Of a stretch of 64,000 nucleotides of DNA, positions 1 to 13,600 are shown one piece after another. Under the pieces are notes generated by a model. The model was not told where the DNA came from and searched no databases. It saw only the letters and a list, made by a program, of their open reading frames with translations. The position numbers and the translations under genes are program-made. Positions within the stretch are counted from its first letter, which is position 1; each line of letters opens with the position of its first letter. The DNA comes from Yuukianura sp. NJ FZ-2021 (taxonomy: Eukaryota), in contig CM102284.1 of the NCBI GenBank assembly GCA_046563655.1, positions 3,348,001-3,412,000 on the forward strand, read 5' to 3'.

Positions 1-3000
1 GGGAGGCAGGATCCCAAACCGCAGATGAATTTCTCCAAAAGATCAACACTTTTCACTTTCACTTCCAACCACAAAAATCCTCCCTCACAATTTATTAGCA
101 CAGTCTCGACTCCAGCATCAAAAGCAACACTTTTCTCCTCCCACAGTTCAAACACAACAAAAGTCGTCTATCATGTTGACTTTTTTCAAAGAAATGGATA
201 AATTTTTCAAACTAAAATCATCAGCGTCTGTCAGAAAACATTTATTTCTTTTTTGTCCGAAAGACGGCTTCAGTTTCTATTTTTTACTTAATGACATTAG
301 CGTAAATTTTGATATACTACATCAGTTTAATGTCAGTCGTATAATTATGGCAGTAACGCATTCTAACCAAAGTTAACGTTGTAAACATAACTGACTTGAC
401 GGATGAAATTGTGCGACTGTTTAAAATTCAAACTGATTCTTTGCAGTTTGTATAAATGTCACTTATAACTGATTCCAGCGTTGCGAAATTAACCAATGCA
501 AAATTCTGTTTATTACTAAGAATTTGCGTAGGTTGCGATTTTCAGCACTCGGCACGACTGTAGGTTTTTTAGGTTAGTTTCTATGTGGTGGTCTACATTT
601 GGCCCATTTGCATAGATTTGGAAAGTAAGACTTTGAAGTGTTTGTGCTAATTCGCGGTTTTGGTATAATTTTAAGCACTTTTGAAAGTATTCCTCTTTGT
701 ACTTAACTCTCATCAGGATCCAACTTTTGGTTGAACTTTAAGTTGTTTGGAAAGTAGAGAAAGTCAGAGCGGACTGGCAGAGGGAATTGGGAAGAAGTGG
801 CGAGAGGAAGCAATTTCTGAGTGTCTGGATAATTAGTGGGAGGCGGATGAAAGGGAAAGTTCTGGTTTAAAGCCTAAGTGCTTCCTCTTATGAGAGATAC
901 TTTCACCCACTTTCTTCCACCCACAATCTAATTCCCCAGTATTACCCAGGGATCCAATTACATAACACATAGAGGTCATGCCACAAAGCTCCACCATTCC
1001 TCTCCTGACATCCTAGCACAATTTCAAAACACAGTTCTACTGGGAATAATTAAGGAAATGGAGGTGACACATTAAGACGCTCTTATTAGTTACTCCCTCC
1101 AGCTAACTGTTATGTTGTAAAGGCACTTAAGACTCCAAACAAACAAATGCACTAGAAACACTAAAGTGTTCAATAAATTTTCAAAAGTTTTGCAGAAAAC
1201 AAAATCAGTTTCAAAATGTCGGAATTCCTTAACTTTCCTTTTACGTTATACTGTAACTTATTGAATTTACTTAATTTTCAAAAGGTTATTTACAATCATA
1301 GTTGATGGTAAATGAAGTGGAGTAGGAACGCGTTTTTGTTGTACGTTTCCACTTGTTCTGTCACTTCAAATTTTAGAAAGCAGTTTCCAAAAAAGTAAAG
1401 TTGATGAGAAGAGAATTTGGGTGTGGAATGTTGCCCGCTTCCTTTTCTTTCGTGTGCAACTCTGTTTTACTTTTAATGTGAAAGTTTTAAGGGAGAAAAC
1501 TCAAAGGAATTTCAGAATAGGAATTTTTCTCGTTACGCTTTTCTTTTCTCTTTTTGGAATTTTTTAAAATAAAGATGCTTTTGAAGCCTTTGAGCTTCCT
1601 GTGCTCGTGTAGAAAGTTTCAGGAAGGTATGAATGTTGTCGCCATATTGAGAGGGGGCGGAGGTGGGTGTATTTTGGTGACTACAGGCGTAACATGTGTT
1701 TATTTGGTTGCCCAGGTGAAGAAGTGTGTTGTGTGTCTCCTTTCCGTTCGGTGGGATCTTTGCATAGGTAATAATAGGGATTGCTTAATGTAACGTAATG
1801 GAATCCCATCTCTCTCCCTTCGTCGAGCTTGGCGTGGCCCTTAAGCCCCCAGGATTTCTGATACATTTCATGCCCACCTCTGTTCCTCTCGCTTCTGTCT
1901 CCCTTTTGCTTTTCCCGGGAAAAAGTACATTTGAAAAGGAAGTGAAAGTCCCCGAAGGAAATGCTAAGCAGATCACATACACTTTCACTTCCATTTTTAT
2001 TCCACGTTCTCCTCTATCTCTTTTGTGTCACTCGACAAAACATACCCAATTATACTGCGTCTTTCAACACAAAACAAAACAATATGGGTATGTTTACAGT
2101 TTTAAAGTCCTATAACCTGCTAATTTCTTAAGTAAAACCGTCTAGAAGCTTTCGACTTAACAGGTCAGAGTCGTAGAGTGGGCCAGGGTTGAATCTCGTA
2201 CGTTGTATTAATCAATTTAGTAATTAAATGCGGGTCCGGAAGTAATTAATTACTGGCAAAAATTTTGGTTTACTTATACAGATTATTAATTGGTAATACA
2301 TCCATTTGTAACTTTCACTCTCATTAAGACATTGCTGACCTGGATTTCTCTTACTTTTCTTGCAAGGCCGAATACTTCGTAGGATTCAGAAAATGATTTC
2401 TCAGAATCGTCTAAAGATTACAGATCTGTAGGACATATTTTTTGGAAATTGAAGTTGCTATAAAATTGATAACTTTTGTGAGTTGATTTAATCTAGAAGC
2501 AATAACTATCGAAAACCTCCTAAAGGCGGAACGAGTTTACTTAATTTATTATTCTTATCCCCTCCTTCATGTTTACTAAAAATTCTGACAATCAACTGCA
2601 AATTAGAAATCTAAAAACCCATATTTTGAGTTAGGACAATGTAAATCTAACCCACTTCCAAAAAAACCTTGAAAACTTGGTACAAACATTGGAAAATTGA
2701 CGTTTTTTAAAAGAGTCGCCTTTATGGAGTTAGATTTTATTTGTTTTAAAAAGCGAATACGTTTCTTGAAGTTCCGCACTGAATTTTGGATTTTGGAGAA
2801 AGCAGGATATAATTGTAATGTTTTGGAAACCAATTCGAAAGGATCCGGCGCTTGCTCCACGGAAGCGCAACGCTCAGCGAAGCGGTGTCAAGAGTCCAAT
2901 ATGTACAGTCTCATATACTCAAGGTTTGTGTCTGTATTTGGTGGTGAAGGATGATGATGATGGGGTGGATGGCGTAAAGTAAATTTGTGTTGGCATTATG

Positions 3001-4625
3001 ATTGCATGTTGTTTGGCAATCAACTAAAACTACCTCTGAGCCATCATCTTCAATTTTCCTTTTCTCCATTCAATTAGACCAGTAGAGTCAAACACGGACT
3101 TTCTGCCGCCTGCCGGACTCGAACCCCCGCCATCCATTCCACTTTCTCCGCTTCACTCTTTATAATTAAACCTTTTGGGCTGAAAGGCTGCATCGACATT
3201 ACCATAAGTAAATATACGCTGCTCACTACTGTCACGGGGGGAGTAGTTGGGCAGTAGTTGTCGTGGTAACCGGCCCTTATGTGGCATGAGGGAGAGCCAA
3301 GGGTACTGGAGTGTGGATTGATCTGATCCTGATCCGGAAATCTTCATTTTCTCTTCCCTTTTCATGGTTGGGCGAAGGGAGAGGAAAATTCGCGGGAAGG
3401 TTTTGTGGCGGCGGGGAGAAAGTCTTGGGTTGAAGATTTGAAATTTCAAATTCTTTCCCTCCTTTCTCCCTTTCTTGGGCTGCTGAAGAGTAAAGTGGTA
3501 ACAGAGGGGAAGGCGGTGTGGTTAGTTTAAGAGAAACAGAAAACCAGGAGAAAAGAGAAAAGATTTGAAAAGACCCGCAGTTTAAGAGAGTCTCGACGAG
3601 TAAACAGAATCAGTGATGAGTCCAGGAAGCGGGTTTAATTCAGTTTCCCATTCTTATTCCGCTTGGATCAACCGAATTTGAACAAATTCCTTTACTTTCT
3701 TACCCAGATCAAACATTTTCGAAAACCTCAGTTCGTCTGGATTAAAATCAAACTCTTTCAGGTCTTGAGAATTGGTCAAACAGTATTTTTAACTTCAACT
3801 CTGTTAATTTTTAACGTTTACATGCCTTAATGGCGTCGAAATGCGAATAGACAAAAAAGTTTTGTGACACGAAGAAATAAATTGAGGAGAAGAAAAATTT
3901 AAGAGCCTGAGCCACCAATTTCTCATGTCTTTTTAGCACCTTGTCTTTCCACTTCTGAACATGCCTTACTCTACAAAAAAAAGTTTCTTTTTGAAAAAAC
4001 TTCTTTTTGAAAATGGAAAAGAATGGCGGATGATGATGGTTTCTGAAGCCAAGGAGCATTTTGGAGAACAAATGTCTTTTCATCCTTTGACTCCATTTTT
4101 ACTAACCTCTGTGTCACATGTCACATAGACAAGAAAGGGCTTTGCTCCAGAAGATTTTTCATCCCGGGACAATGTGACTTCAACCACCATACCTCCCACT
4201 ACCAGTTCTGACTTTCACTTTTCAAATTATATTTCAAAATTTCGGTTTCTAAAAACCATTGGAATTTAGTCTCAGACCAGTGACCAACAACTAAAAATAA
4301 CACCTAAGCAATACAGTATTTTAAAATGCAATCTTCACGCATACTATGCTTTCACTTTCTCATGTCTGTCGACATTCAACAAACTGCCGAGGTCGACATT
4401 TCTCGCATTAGCATTAAATTTTACACAAGTTCAAGCTCCACTTCCGTCACAAAAAAAAAACGAGGCTTCAGAAATCGAACTTTGTTGAAAAAGCGTTCTT
4501 AAAATTTTTGGTTTTTTCTTCGACTAACGTAAGTTTGCCGAAAATTCACCACTCAAGGTGAAAAGCTATTGAAATTGTGAAAGGCATGACAAGTATACTG
4601 ACAATGTGCTTTGAAATTATTGCAG

Positions 4626-7600
4626 ATGACCCCTGCGACAAGGTGTACTGTGGCCTTGGGGCGAGTTGCGTAGTGGAGCGGGGGCGGGGGAGCTGCAAAT
4701 GTCCAGAGACGTGTTCAACGGCTGTCTCCCCCGTCTGTGGAACAGACGGAGTGACACACTTGAACGAATGTCTTTTCCGTAAGTTCGTGTGTCAACATCA
4801 AAAGCCAACGAGAATCCGCCACTCGGGAGAGTGTGGTAAGAGTCCATTACTTTCACTGCTTACTTTCCCCCAATCCACTCCATCAACTTCCACCCTCAGC
4901 ACGGTAATGAACACGGCCCTTTGATCTCCACCAAATATATCGTAGGTACACCGCCAACTTAAACACAAACTCACCACTGCCCCGCCAAATCAACAAACTT
5001 TTCAATTCTGCCGGCCAATGATATGTTCAACCGCAATTTCATGGTTCTAAGTACACCAAAAACGCGGTCATGAAGTTGTGGTTTTTGATTCTCGCGGATT
5101 TAGACGTTTAAGACAAAAAGCTACAAGAATTAACTTCGTATTGGCAGAAAAGTTTAAGCTTGTTGTAGGGATAATTCATCGTATTTGCTCATTTGAAATT
5201 TTTGCTTTCGGCTAACTTTCACGAACTTGACCAAAAGTTAGGTTGAAAGTGTGAGTTAAGCCATATCGTAACCTTAGAAGGGTTTGTTGGTGGGTCAGTT
5301 TGAGAAATTGGCTTTTGTGTCAGTCTCAGAATGTTGCGACGGCAGTTGATGAATGTGTTTTCATTTAGTTTCAGAACCATTTTGAGGCACGGTTGAACAA
5401 AAACTTTCTCTCGCTTTTCCCGGACAGTGTGAAAACACTGCTGGGACTGAGATTCCGCAGAGCTAAAAATCGGAAGGAACAACGAAAACAATTAAAGGCT
5501 CTGCTGACTTCCTTTTCTTTTGAAATTCAAGGAAGGAAACAGCGTTTTTCATTTCCGAAATTCCAACGTAACCCACCAGGTCTCCGGACATTGTCAAAAC
5601 CATTGAACCGAAAATCCTCTACCGAGCCAAAAATGAAATCAGCCATCAATCGCTGAAAGTCTGTGTCTTACACGCTTACATTCCTTTGGCAAACGGGACA
5701 TGAAATATCCGATTCATAACGAATAACGATTCCGAAGTTTTAATTTCCTCCAATTCCGTTTCATTTTCTCCAATTCTAAAAAACAACAGTAGCAAGTTAG
5801 TTGGAAAGAAATTTGAAATAATAGAAGAAAAGTTCCTATTCTGAGCAGTTGTGTAACCTTTAATCGACTAAAAGCATTCAGCTCCAACAAACAAGATAAC
5901 AACAAAAGGAAATTGGGTTTTTAAAAACTTGTTTTGAAGTCTATTTGTGTTTAAAAACAAAATCGAAACTTTCTTTCGATTGAGTTCAGCTAAAGAAAGA
6001 ACCAAAAGTGGAGATTGATATCGATTTTGAATGGAGGGAAACTATGATTGTGCGTAGTAAAACAAAAGAGATTCAAAAACAAACCGAATGCGAATGCGGA
6101 AAAACCTTCATTTTGAAAGCAATCAAAGAAATGAAAATCAAATCAGTTGGAAAAAGGGAAGAAAGTGGAGTTTGAATTTTTTGAATTCAGCGGACAAAGT
6201 TGGAAATTAAATTGAAAGTTGCGGGTTGTTCTTGACTGTAAGAATTGTTTTTGGAGATAACTTTTCCTCCTCCTCTTCTTTTAAATTTTTAAAAAACGGT
6301 AATGCTCTACCGGAACTTTTAAAATCTTTAGTGAAGTGCATTAAGAACTAAAAGATGGGGAAGAAGATGATGATGAGATGATGGCTTCTTCCTCTTTACT
6401 TTTTTTTCTAGAAACTTAGGAACTAGACAAAAGCCAAAGCCCAACACTTTTTGTGAGTTGAAAAATCTTGTGGCTCGTACCTACAGAAAATCTTGAAAAG
6501 TTTTTGGAAGAAAGTCGGAGAAAGAAAGTTTTAATCACAGAAGGTTTTTATCAAATTAATTAATTTCCACCACCACAGCCACGCTGAAAGTGAAAATTCC
6601 TGGAAGCGAAATTTCAAAAACTTTTTTCTTAAATGAAAGGTAAACTTTCTCTTTTTTTTTTGAAAGAATTTTAGAACCAAATTTTTTAATCTCTAAAACT
6701 AAAAAAAAATCAACCGCAGCACCCAAATGGAATTTCGAGTTTTTGGCTTAAATTGAATGTCATAATGAATCAAAATTTTTTTGAACTGAATTTAAATATT
6801 GATATTTTCCACCACATCTTCAATCGAATTTGTTGTTATTGTGCTATAAAATTCACTGTACTTCTGTATAATTCGTACCACAGGATGCAGAAAGTGGCGA
6901 AGTGGTGGAGGGAGTAACTATTTTTGGCAGTTTATTGTGGGTGTTATTGGGGAAGAAAGGAAGTGAAAGTGTGTTTATGACAGCAAGTGAACAAAAGAGA
7001 AAGTGCAGACAGTCTTTCTGCTTTTGTTACTGTTTTGTAGTTGTGCTTAAAAAAAGGCGGCAACAACAAGAATAGCTTTTTGTTTGTCTATTGTTGTGGT
7101 TCAATGGAAAATCAGTTTGGGGCTGAGGGGAAACGACTCAAAAGATCTGAGGTCCTAGATTTTGTGGCTGCCTGCACTTCAGTTGCAGAATTTCTTTTTC
7201 CTTCGTGCGTGGAGAAAGTCATATTTCAAAAATTAAATTACTCAATTTAACCACAAACGCAGAAATCTCTTGAGTCTGCCTTTTAGTCAGGTCCTTTTCA
7301 AAAGTTGCAAACCACACAAAACAAACTTTCCAAGCTCACAGAGAATGGGAGAGAAGAAAGAACAGAGTTTATGACATATCGGATTGTGTGACACGTTCCG
7401 ACAGTCCGTGACCACTGACGGTGGGTCGTTGCCCCACCACTGCTACTGCCACTGGCACTTTTCAAAATTTTGAAACCGCAAAACATGAAACTAGAAATCC
7501 TGGAAGTGGTGTGGTAGCGGTTACACAATCCCGGAGATGCAAACTCCGAATTCTAATCCCAACTTTTATACGAGTTACCACAAAAGATTTAAACTCAATT

Positions 7601-10600
7601 ACCAAAATTACATTTTTATTTCAATTTTTTTTAAATCTCACGCAAACTGAGAGTAATTCAGAACAGTAATTTTGTTAATTTTTTTTTCACATCAAATAAC
7701 GAGGTTATGCTGAAGAAATGTTATGTTAGGTTACTAGGTTGAGGTTAGATTTTTCGTAAACCTTTGGAAATTGGAAAAAATCAAGGACATGCATGTCTGT
7801 TGACATTACTGTTTTTGATATGTGTGCGAGAAATTGCAATTCATTCATCATTGCTTTCTTTCGTGATTTTTGATTTTCTCTCAAAGAAATTTTTCTGGAT
7901 CGTAAAGCTAGGTTTTTTGCCTAACAGAAAAAATAGGCCTCCTGGAAGGTTCCGAGATCAAAGTAAAGAAAGTTTTCAAAGAGAAGGAATTTTTCCAATT
8001 TTTCTCCTTGTTCTGCGCCTCTACTCTCTTGCTTTCCAAACAACCTTTGTTTGCTACACAAGAAACTGTTACTGTTTTGGAAGGCTTGGAATGCTCTTCA
8101 TTTCTATTTATTACAAAGTAGACCTGACTTTGACAGGTCTGACCTATTATCGAGTTTCAAAATTTGAACATTCCACTTCGTTTAAGCCTCATGACCCCAA
8201 AAATGCCGAACTTTTCTCAAATTATCCATATAGTACACAAAAACCGAATTTTTGTAACCCAACTGTTCATCGAGAAAATCCTCTTCAAAATTTCATCTTC
8301 TGTGAGCATCCATTTCAAAATAATTCCCGTTCAAATGGTAACGGCATTGCAGTTTTTATGGAGAAGGAATTTGAACGAAACGATTTGACCAAAAAACGAA
8401 TTTTATTTTATGTGTTTATGGTCGCAGTAGGTCATAACGGCGAAACAAAAACAGCGAATCTGACAAACTCGAGTAAAAGTTGACCAACATGAAAAGTGTC
8501 AATTCAAGGAAAGCGAACTTTCGAAAAGACTAATCTAATCCTAAAGTGGACTCAAAAATTTGAAACTCGGGGCTTTCGACTTCGTGTTTTGCTTTTTTTC
8601 ATACACAACTTCGTCGTCGACTTTCTTAAGGCTAAAGTTAAGGCAGGAAGACGAATGCAGCCGTTTTGCAATGTAAACGGCAAAATTACGTAAATAACTG
8701 AATTTGAAGCTGAGGAAACTGTAAAATTTCTTGTTAACTTTTCACTAGTAGTCTTTGCATGAATTCAGAAAATTAATTGTGTAATTTTGCAAAAACTTTT
8801 TGATCTTTTTGACGTGAAGTTCTGCACAGTTTTTGAATAAATGTGAGTTAGAGTTGGGTCTCGTTGTGAGATTATGTAAATTGATCTCGTTGACATTCTG
8901 AGTCGAGCGACATTTGTCGTTATATCCACCAGAATTGTTACTCTACAGAACTCTTTGAGCATTCTGGACTAGCTTCCCTTTCTGGAAATGTCTCGAAGAA
9001 CAGAAGTGTGAATGAAGCAGGAGAGGCTCAACTTAATATTTTTGGGGAGTTCATTTTCAGCGTCTCAAAGTGGCAAATTTTGGGAGCAGGAAGGACTTTC
9101 ACTGGGAGAAAGCAGATGGATCTTACGAGTTTCTAACGACTTACGACGATACATTTGGTAGTTACTCCCTCCACTACCACTGAAGAGCAGAGTCTGTTTT
9201 CCCGCTCTTTTCGGAGAAAACCTTTCAGCGAACAGGGTTTCAGTGCTCTAGCACTTTGGGAGTACATAAAAATGATGATGGGCTAGACTCCGTGATAATG
9301 TTCGTGCGTAATGTTCCCTCAAGGCAGATTTTGAACACAGAGTTGAAAATGGGTTCAAAGGGTGCGATAGTCTATCCCCGTCCCACTCTCCATCTTGTAG
9401 CGCTTCCCCATTTTCAAAATTTCCCGCCCAAGCTACCTTCCGGAAGTTCAGGTTCTAATGAAAGGCTCTTTCACTAAGGTTATTAGTGTGCTAAAATGGT
9501 TTCCCGCTCCCTTCTTCTGTTGGCAGTTAGCTTCAATCATGCAGAGATGAGGAACTGTGAAATTGCTCACCGTGGCGGAAGTGCTAGACAGCACAAATCC
9601 ATTAAACACATCCCAAGCTGTGGAAGCCATTTGCAAGGCTATACTGCAGTGGTGGAGGGATTGCTAACAGTCAAAGGGACTGGAAACAGTTTGGGCGCGG
9701 GATTGTATTCAATTCAAAATGGATCCGTTCGAAAACGACTTCGGCAGATAAGCAAATAGGAGAAAGCAGGGGGAATCTCTATAGATGCAGATTAAATGTC
9801 CCAAGGATGAGGTGAAAACACCAACAAAAATTCAAAGGCCTTTGACTTTTTCTGCTAACTAAAATGGAAACCGCGGACACGCGATTTTTCAACTTTTGCC
9901 TGCGTCTGCTCAGTGTGATTCCGGAATCAAGTTTTTACTAAAAGAATCTATACGAAAGCCAAAAATGGCAAATTTACAAATTTTTCTCAGAAATGATTTG
10001 TCCTCTGCAAATTTGCTTATTGGCTTTTCATTGATATTCGCACGTATGTTGAATCTGTTAAGACGTTGGCATCTGGGTTATAGCGTTTCCTGATGTTAGT
10101 GAAGCAAAAGTGTTGAATTTTTTTTAAAGAAATGCTTAGGTTAGGTCTTGGGTTGAATCAGGTTGTGGAACTTTTAGTTTTTGGTATAACCGCCGTTACA
10201 GCGTATCCGTGAGTTCTAATGATGATAGAAGAAGAGACAATAAAAGTTGGCGTGGTGTATAGTAAAAGTCCTTAAAAGAAACCCTGGGAAAGCAAGTGAG
10301 TCGAGGTTTCCGCGTGGCCGCTTCAATAAGCAAGCGTGCTCTAGCCATTCCTCTTAAGCGATATTCTTCCTAATGCTTTTTTTCTTGAGGATTTTAGTAC
10401 TGGATGGGCCTAGTAGGGATTCCTTCCACTTTCACCCCAGAGCCAGAGAAAGGACGGTGTTTCCATCTTCCTCATTCCTCCGTTCCATCTGGACACCATA
10501 GGGTTCAAAGTTCCACATAACCTTAGCAGTGTCATTCGTCCTCATTCGTCATCATCACAACGATTAGTGTCACCAGTTCGAAAGGCAGAGAGGAAACAAT

Positions 10601-13600
10601 GAGGCTGTCAGCCGTGTCTGTGCTGGTGGCTGTGGCGACATTTGCTGTAATGTCTCCTCCCGCCCACAAAGTAGTTGATGGGCTTCCGGTGACTCCTCAC
10701 AGTTCTTGCTACTTGTTTCACGCAGATATGCCTGACCCCTGCGCCGACAAAGCGTGTCTCTTTGGAAGTCGATGCATACCGTCTCCGGATGGGCACTACG
10801 CATCCTGCGAATGCCCAGCTTCCTGTCCCAACTACGGAGATACCGAGGAGTCTCTTCCTGTGTGTGGATCTGATGGTAAGTCACATTGACCTTAATTATA
10901 TTTCAAATGACCTACACTAAAAAGTAGAAAAACTTTTGTTTCTCCATCCAACATCTGCTTATGTTAAAAAGCAACGTTACAACCTAACTCTACACCGCTA
11001 GTGTGCTGAAACTGGTTTATTTTTTAATTTCAAGGGAAAATGTACAAGAACAAATGCGAGCTGGACCGTACAGCTTGTCAAAATGGGCGAAACATTTCAG
11101 TAAAATTCATTGGAAAATGCGGTAAGTACTAAATGCCACCCATTAGAAATATTTTTGACGAAATGCCATTTTTCTATCACAACAACACAGTTTGAAGGTT
11201 GTCGCGGCTGAAATTTCATAGCCTCCCACTTTAGCCAACAGTTAGCACGAATAAAAGTTGTGCCTTTGTGCTCATGCGCACATAAAGCGTTGACCCTGCA
11301 GACTAATCTGACCTTGGTAGGAAATTAATGAACCTTTAGTCGAAACTGCGGGTTTAGTATTGTGGATTTGGGCTAAGACCGTGGGAGCGGGCGTTTTTGA
11401 AATATTGGCTACTGTTGGAACCAGACGGTGGGGTCATAAAATCCTATGCTGGAAGTTGTCTGGGTTCGGTGGAGTGGGTGGTGACAGAACGTGGGAAAGA
11501 GGCTTGTTAAGACGGAGAACCATGGCACGGCCGTTTGTCTTTTATAGCTCATCGCTCCTTGGCGTTTCCACTTCCCCTTGCTTTCCCCTGCCCCACTTTA
11601 TGTCTCCTGTAATGCTACACTTTAGCCACTTCCCAATTTATCTTCCCACGGACAGAAACAGGAGGAAAGGAAAAGAAAGCAGAGAAACAGCCTCCATCAA
11701 CAAACCAAAGTGGCACGACTTGGCTCCACTACAAACAGATTTCAGCAATCAGGGCAGGAGAAAGCACAGGAGTCACTTCTCAAAATGATGGCAAACGAAC
11801 ATGGCCTCATTTCAGGCTAGAGTGGGTCACAATAGGAGCAAAAATATGTTTTGACATAAAATCCTAAAATGTTTTGAAAAAAATAGCAAAACAGGAGTAA
11901 GCTTCTTTTCTCATTAAGAATTTAAGATGCCATTTCGTTTTTACAGATCCGTGCGAAGACATTCTCTGCGGACCGCCTCAAGTGTGTCACTTGGATAGAG
12001 AGAGGCGCCCGGTTTGTCGATGCAGTGAAACGTGTGGGCTTGATTTCAATCCCGTTTGTGGGTCAGACGGTAAGTAAGATCAAGTAGGACACAAGCTCAA
12101 AAACAAAATTTTAAGAACTTCTAATTTGAAGTGAAAACAAAATTTGCATGAAAGTTTCAAATTTTTTGCCTCTCTTTTCAGGAAAAACGTACAGTTCGGA
12201 ATGCGTGATGAAGCAAGAAGCTTGTCGGACTAGGCGGGACTTGAGAATAATTTACAGAGGCAAATGCTCTTCGGGTAAAACAGATTTTTTTTTTTCTGAA
12301 ATTTTTGAAAATTTCAAAATAGCTAAAGAAAGTTGGAACTTTTGAAAATATTTTGATTTGACATCTCCAGAGTGTCAAGAGTGCCAAGAGATATGTTGTC
12401 CGTTCCATTTTGCTAAAATGTTTTTGAAATGTTTGGAGACTGGAGATAGGTTTCACTCTGGAGAGACTTTGCTAGCGAGGAAACGGAAACGATTAATCTT
12501 GTAAAACGCCTTGATGATCCCTTGACACTTTCCTTCAATCTCCCATCCAAATCACTTTCATTTTCACTTTCACTTTCCTCCTTAACTGAAATGGAGTGTC
12601 AAAGGGAAGATGCGAATAGGGACTCAGAACATGATTAATCTTCATCCGATTTTGGTACATGCAGACGCCGAGTTGACCAAAATTTCACAACACAACAAAA
12701 ACTCGAAACGAAAATTCAGAAATATTATTAAAAAGTTTATATTAAAAAATGATTTGAAATTTTTTTTTAGCTGTGAACCCCTGTGAATCCCTAGTTTGTA
12801 AGGGATATGAGTCTTGTGCAATCAACCGATTGGGTATCGCTCAATGCACTTGTGCCATGGTCTGCGACCCGGTTATTCAACCGGTATGCGGAACAGACGG
12901 TAAATTGAATTTTTAAAGAAAGTAGATTTTTTTTCAAAAAATTAAAAAAAAGTTTCTTAGTTTTTTAAAAATGAATCATTGGTTGACTTTTACTACCAGG
13001 AAAAACGTACGGTACCCACTGTGAATTGACTGCAATTTCTTGTCGTGAAGGAAGAGAGGTCGGAGTGGCCTACAAAGGAACATGCGGTAAGCCCAAGTTC
13101 ATACGCTTGTGTTTCATGGAATTAAAATTTCATAACTCCGTCACTTTTGTTCCAGAAAAAAGCATAATAGTGATGTATTGGTTTGCCAAGTTAAAATTAC
13201 ATTTTTTTGAGGAATAAACGTACCTGTGAGAGCCATAAAAACATTCAAAATGCTAAACAGAACAATGAAAAAACATAAGAGCTGGGAGGGGGAGGGGTCG
13301 CTGACCTCTTAGGGCGAATCCTGAATTGGGCACGCTTCCTTCTACTAGTACCAATTTGAATTTGAATTTGAATGACAGGGTGCGAGAGATAAAAAGTTTT
13401 CGCGCGCTTTCAGCAAAAAGCCTCTCGGACTTTCTCTTTTTTTTTCGCCTCCCTCCCCCCTTTCTTCCAGGTTGGATTGATCAAGTGAATTCGAAATTGA
13501 AAATGCAAAATAAATTTCCGTTGAGTCAGACAAATGTTTGCATGTCTCTCAAGCATTTTTCTATGCTTCGGACTTTTACTGTTTCAAAAGAAAGAAGTAA

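Noticed and set aside
3105-3135. B-box-like GGTTCGAGTCC on the minus strand (possible tRNA or SINE)
   Set aside because: No cloverleaf, A box or acceptor stem could be built.
7764-8483. 239-aa ORF in agrin intron
   Set aside because: Non-ATG start, no recognisable domain, composition typical of translated AT-rich intron.
7720-10150. TTAGG words resembling arthropod telomeric repeats
   Set aside because: Only 2-3 degenerate copies at isolated spots; not an interstitial telomeric array.
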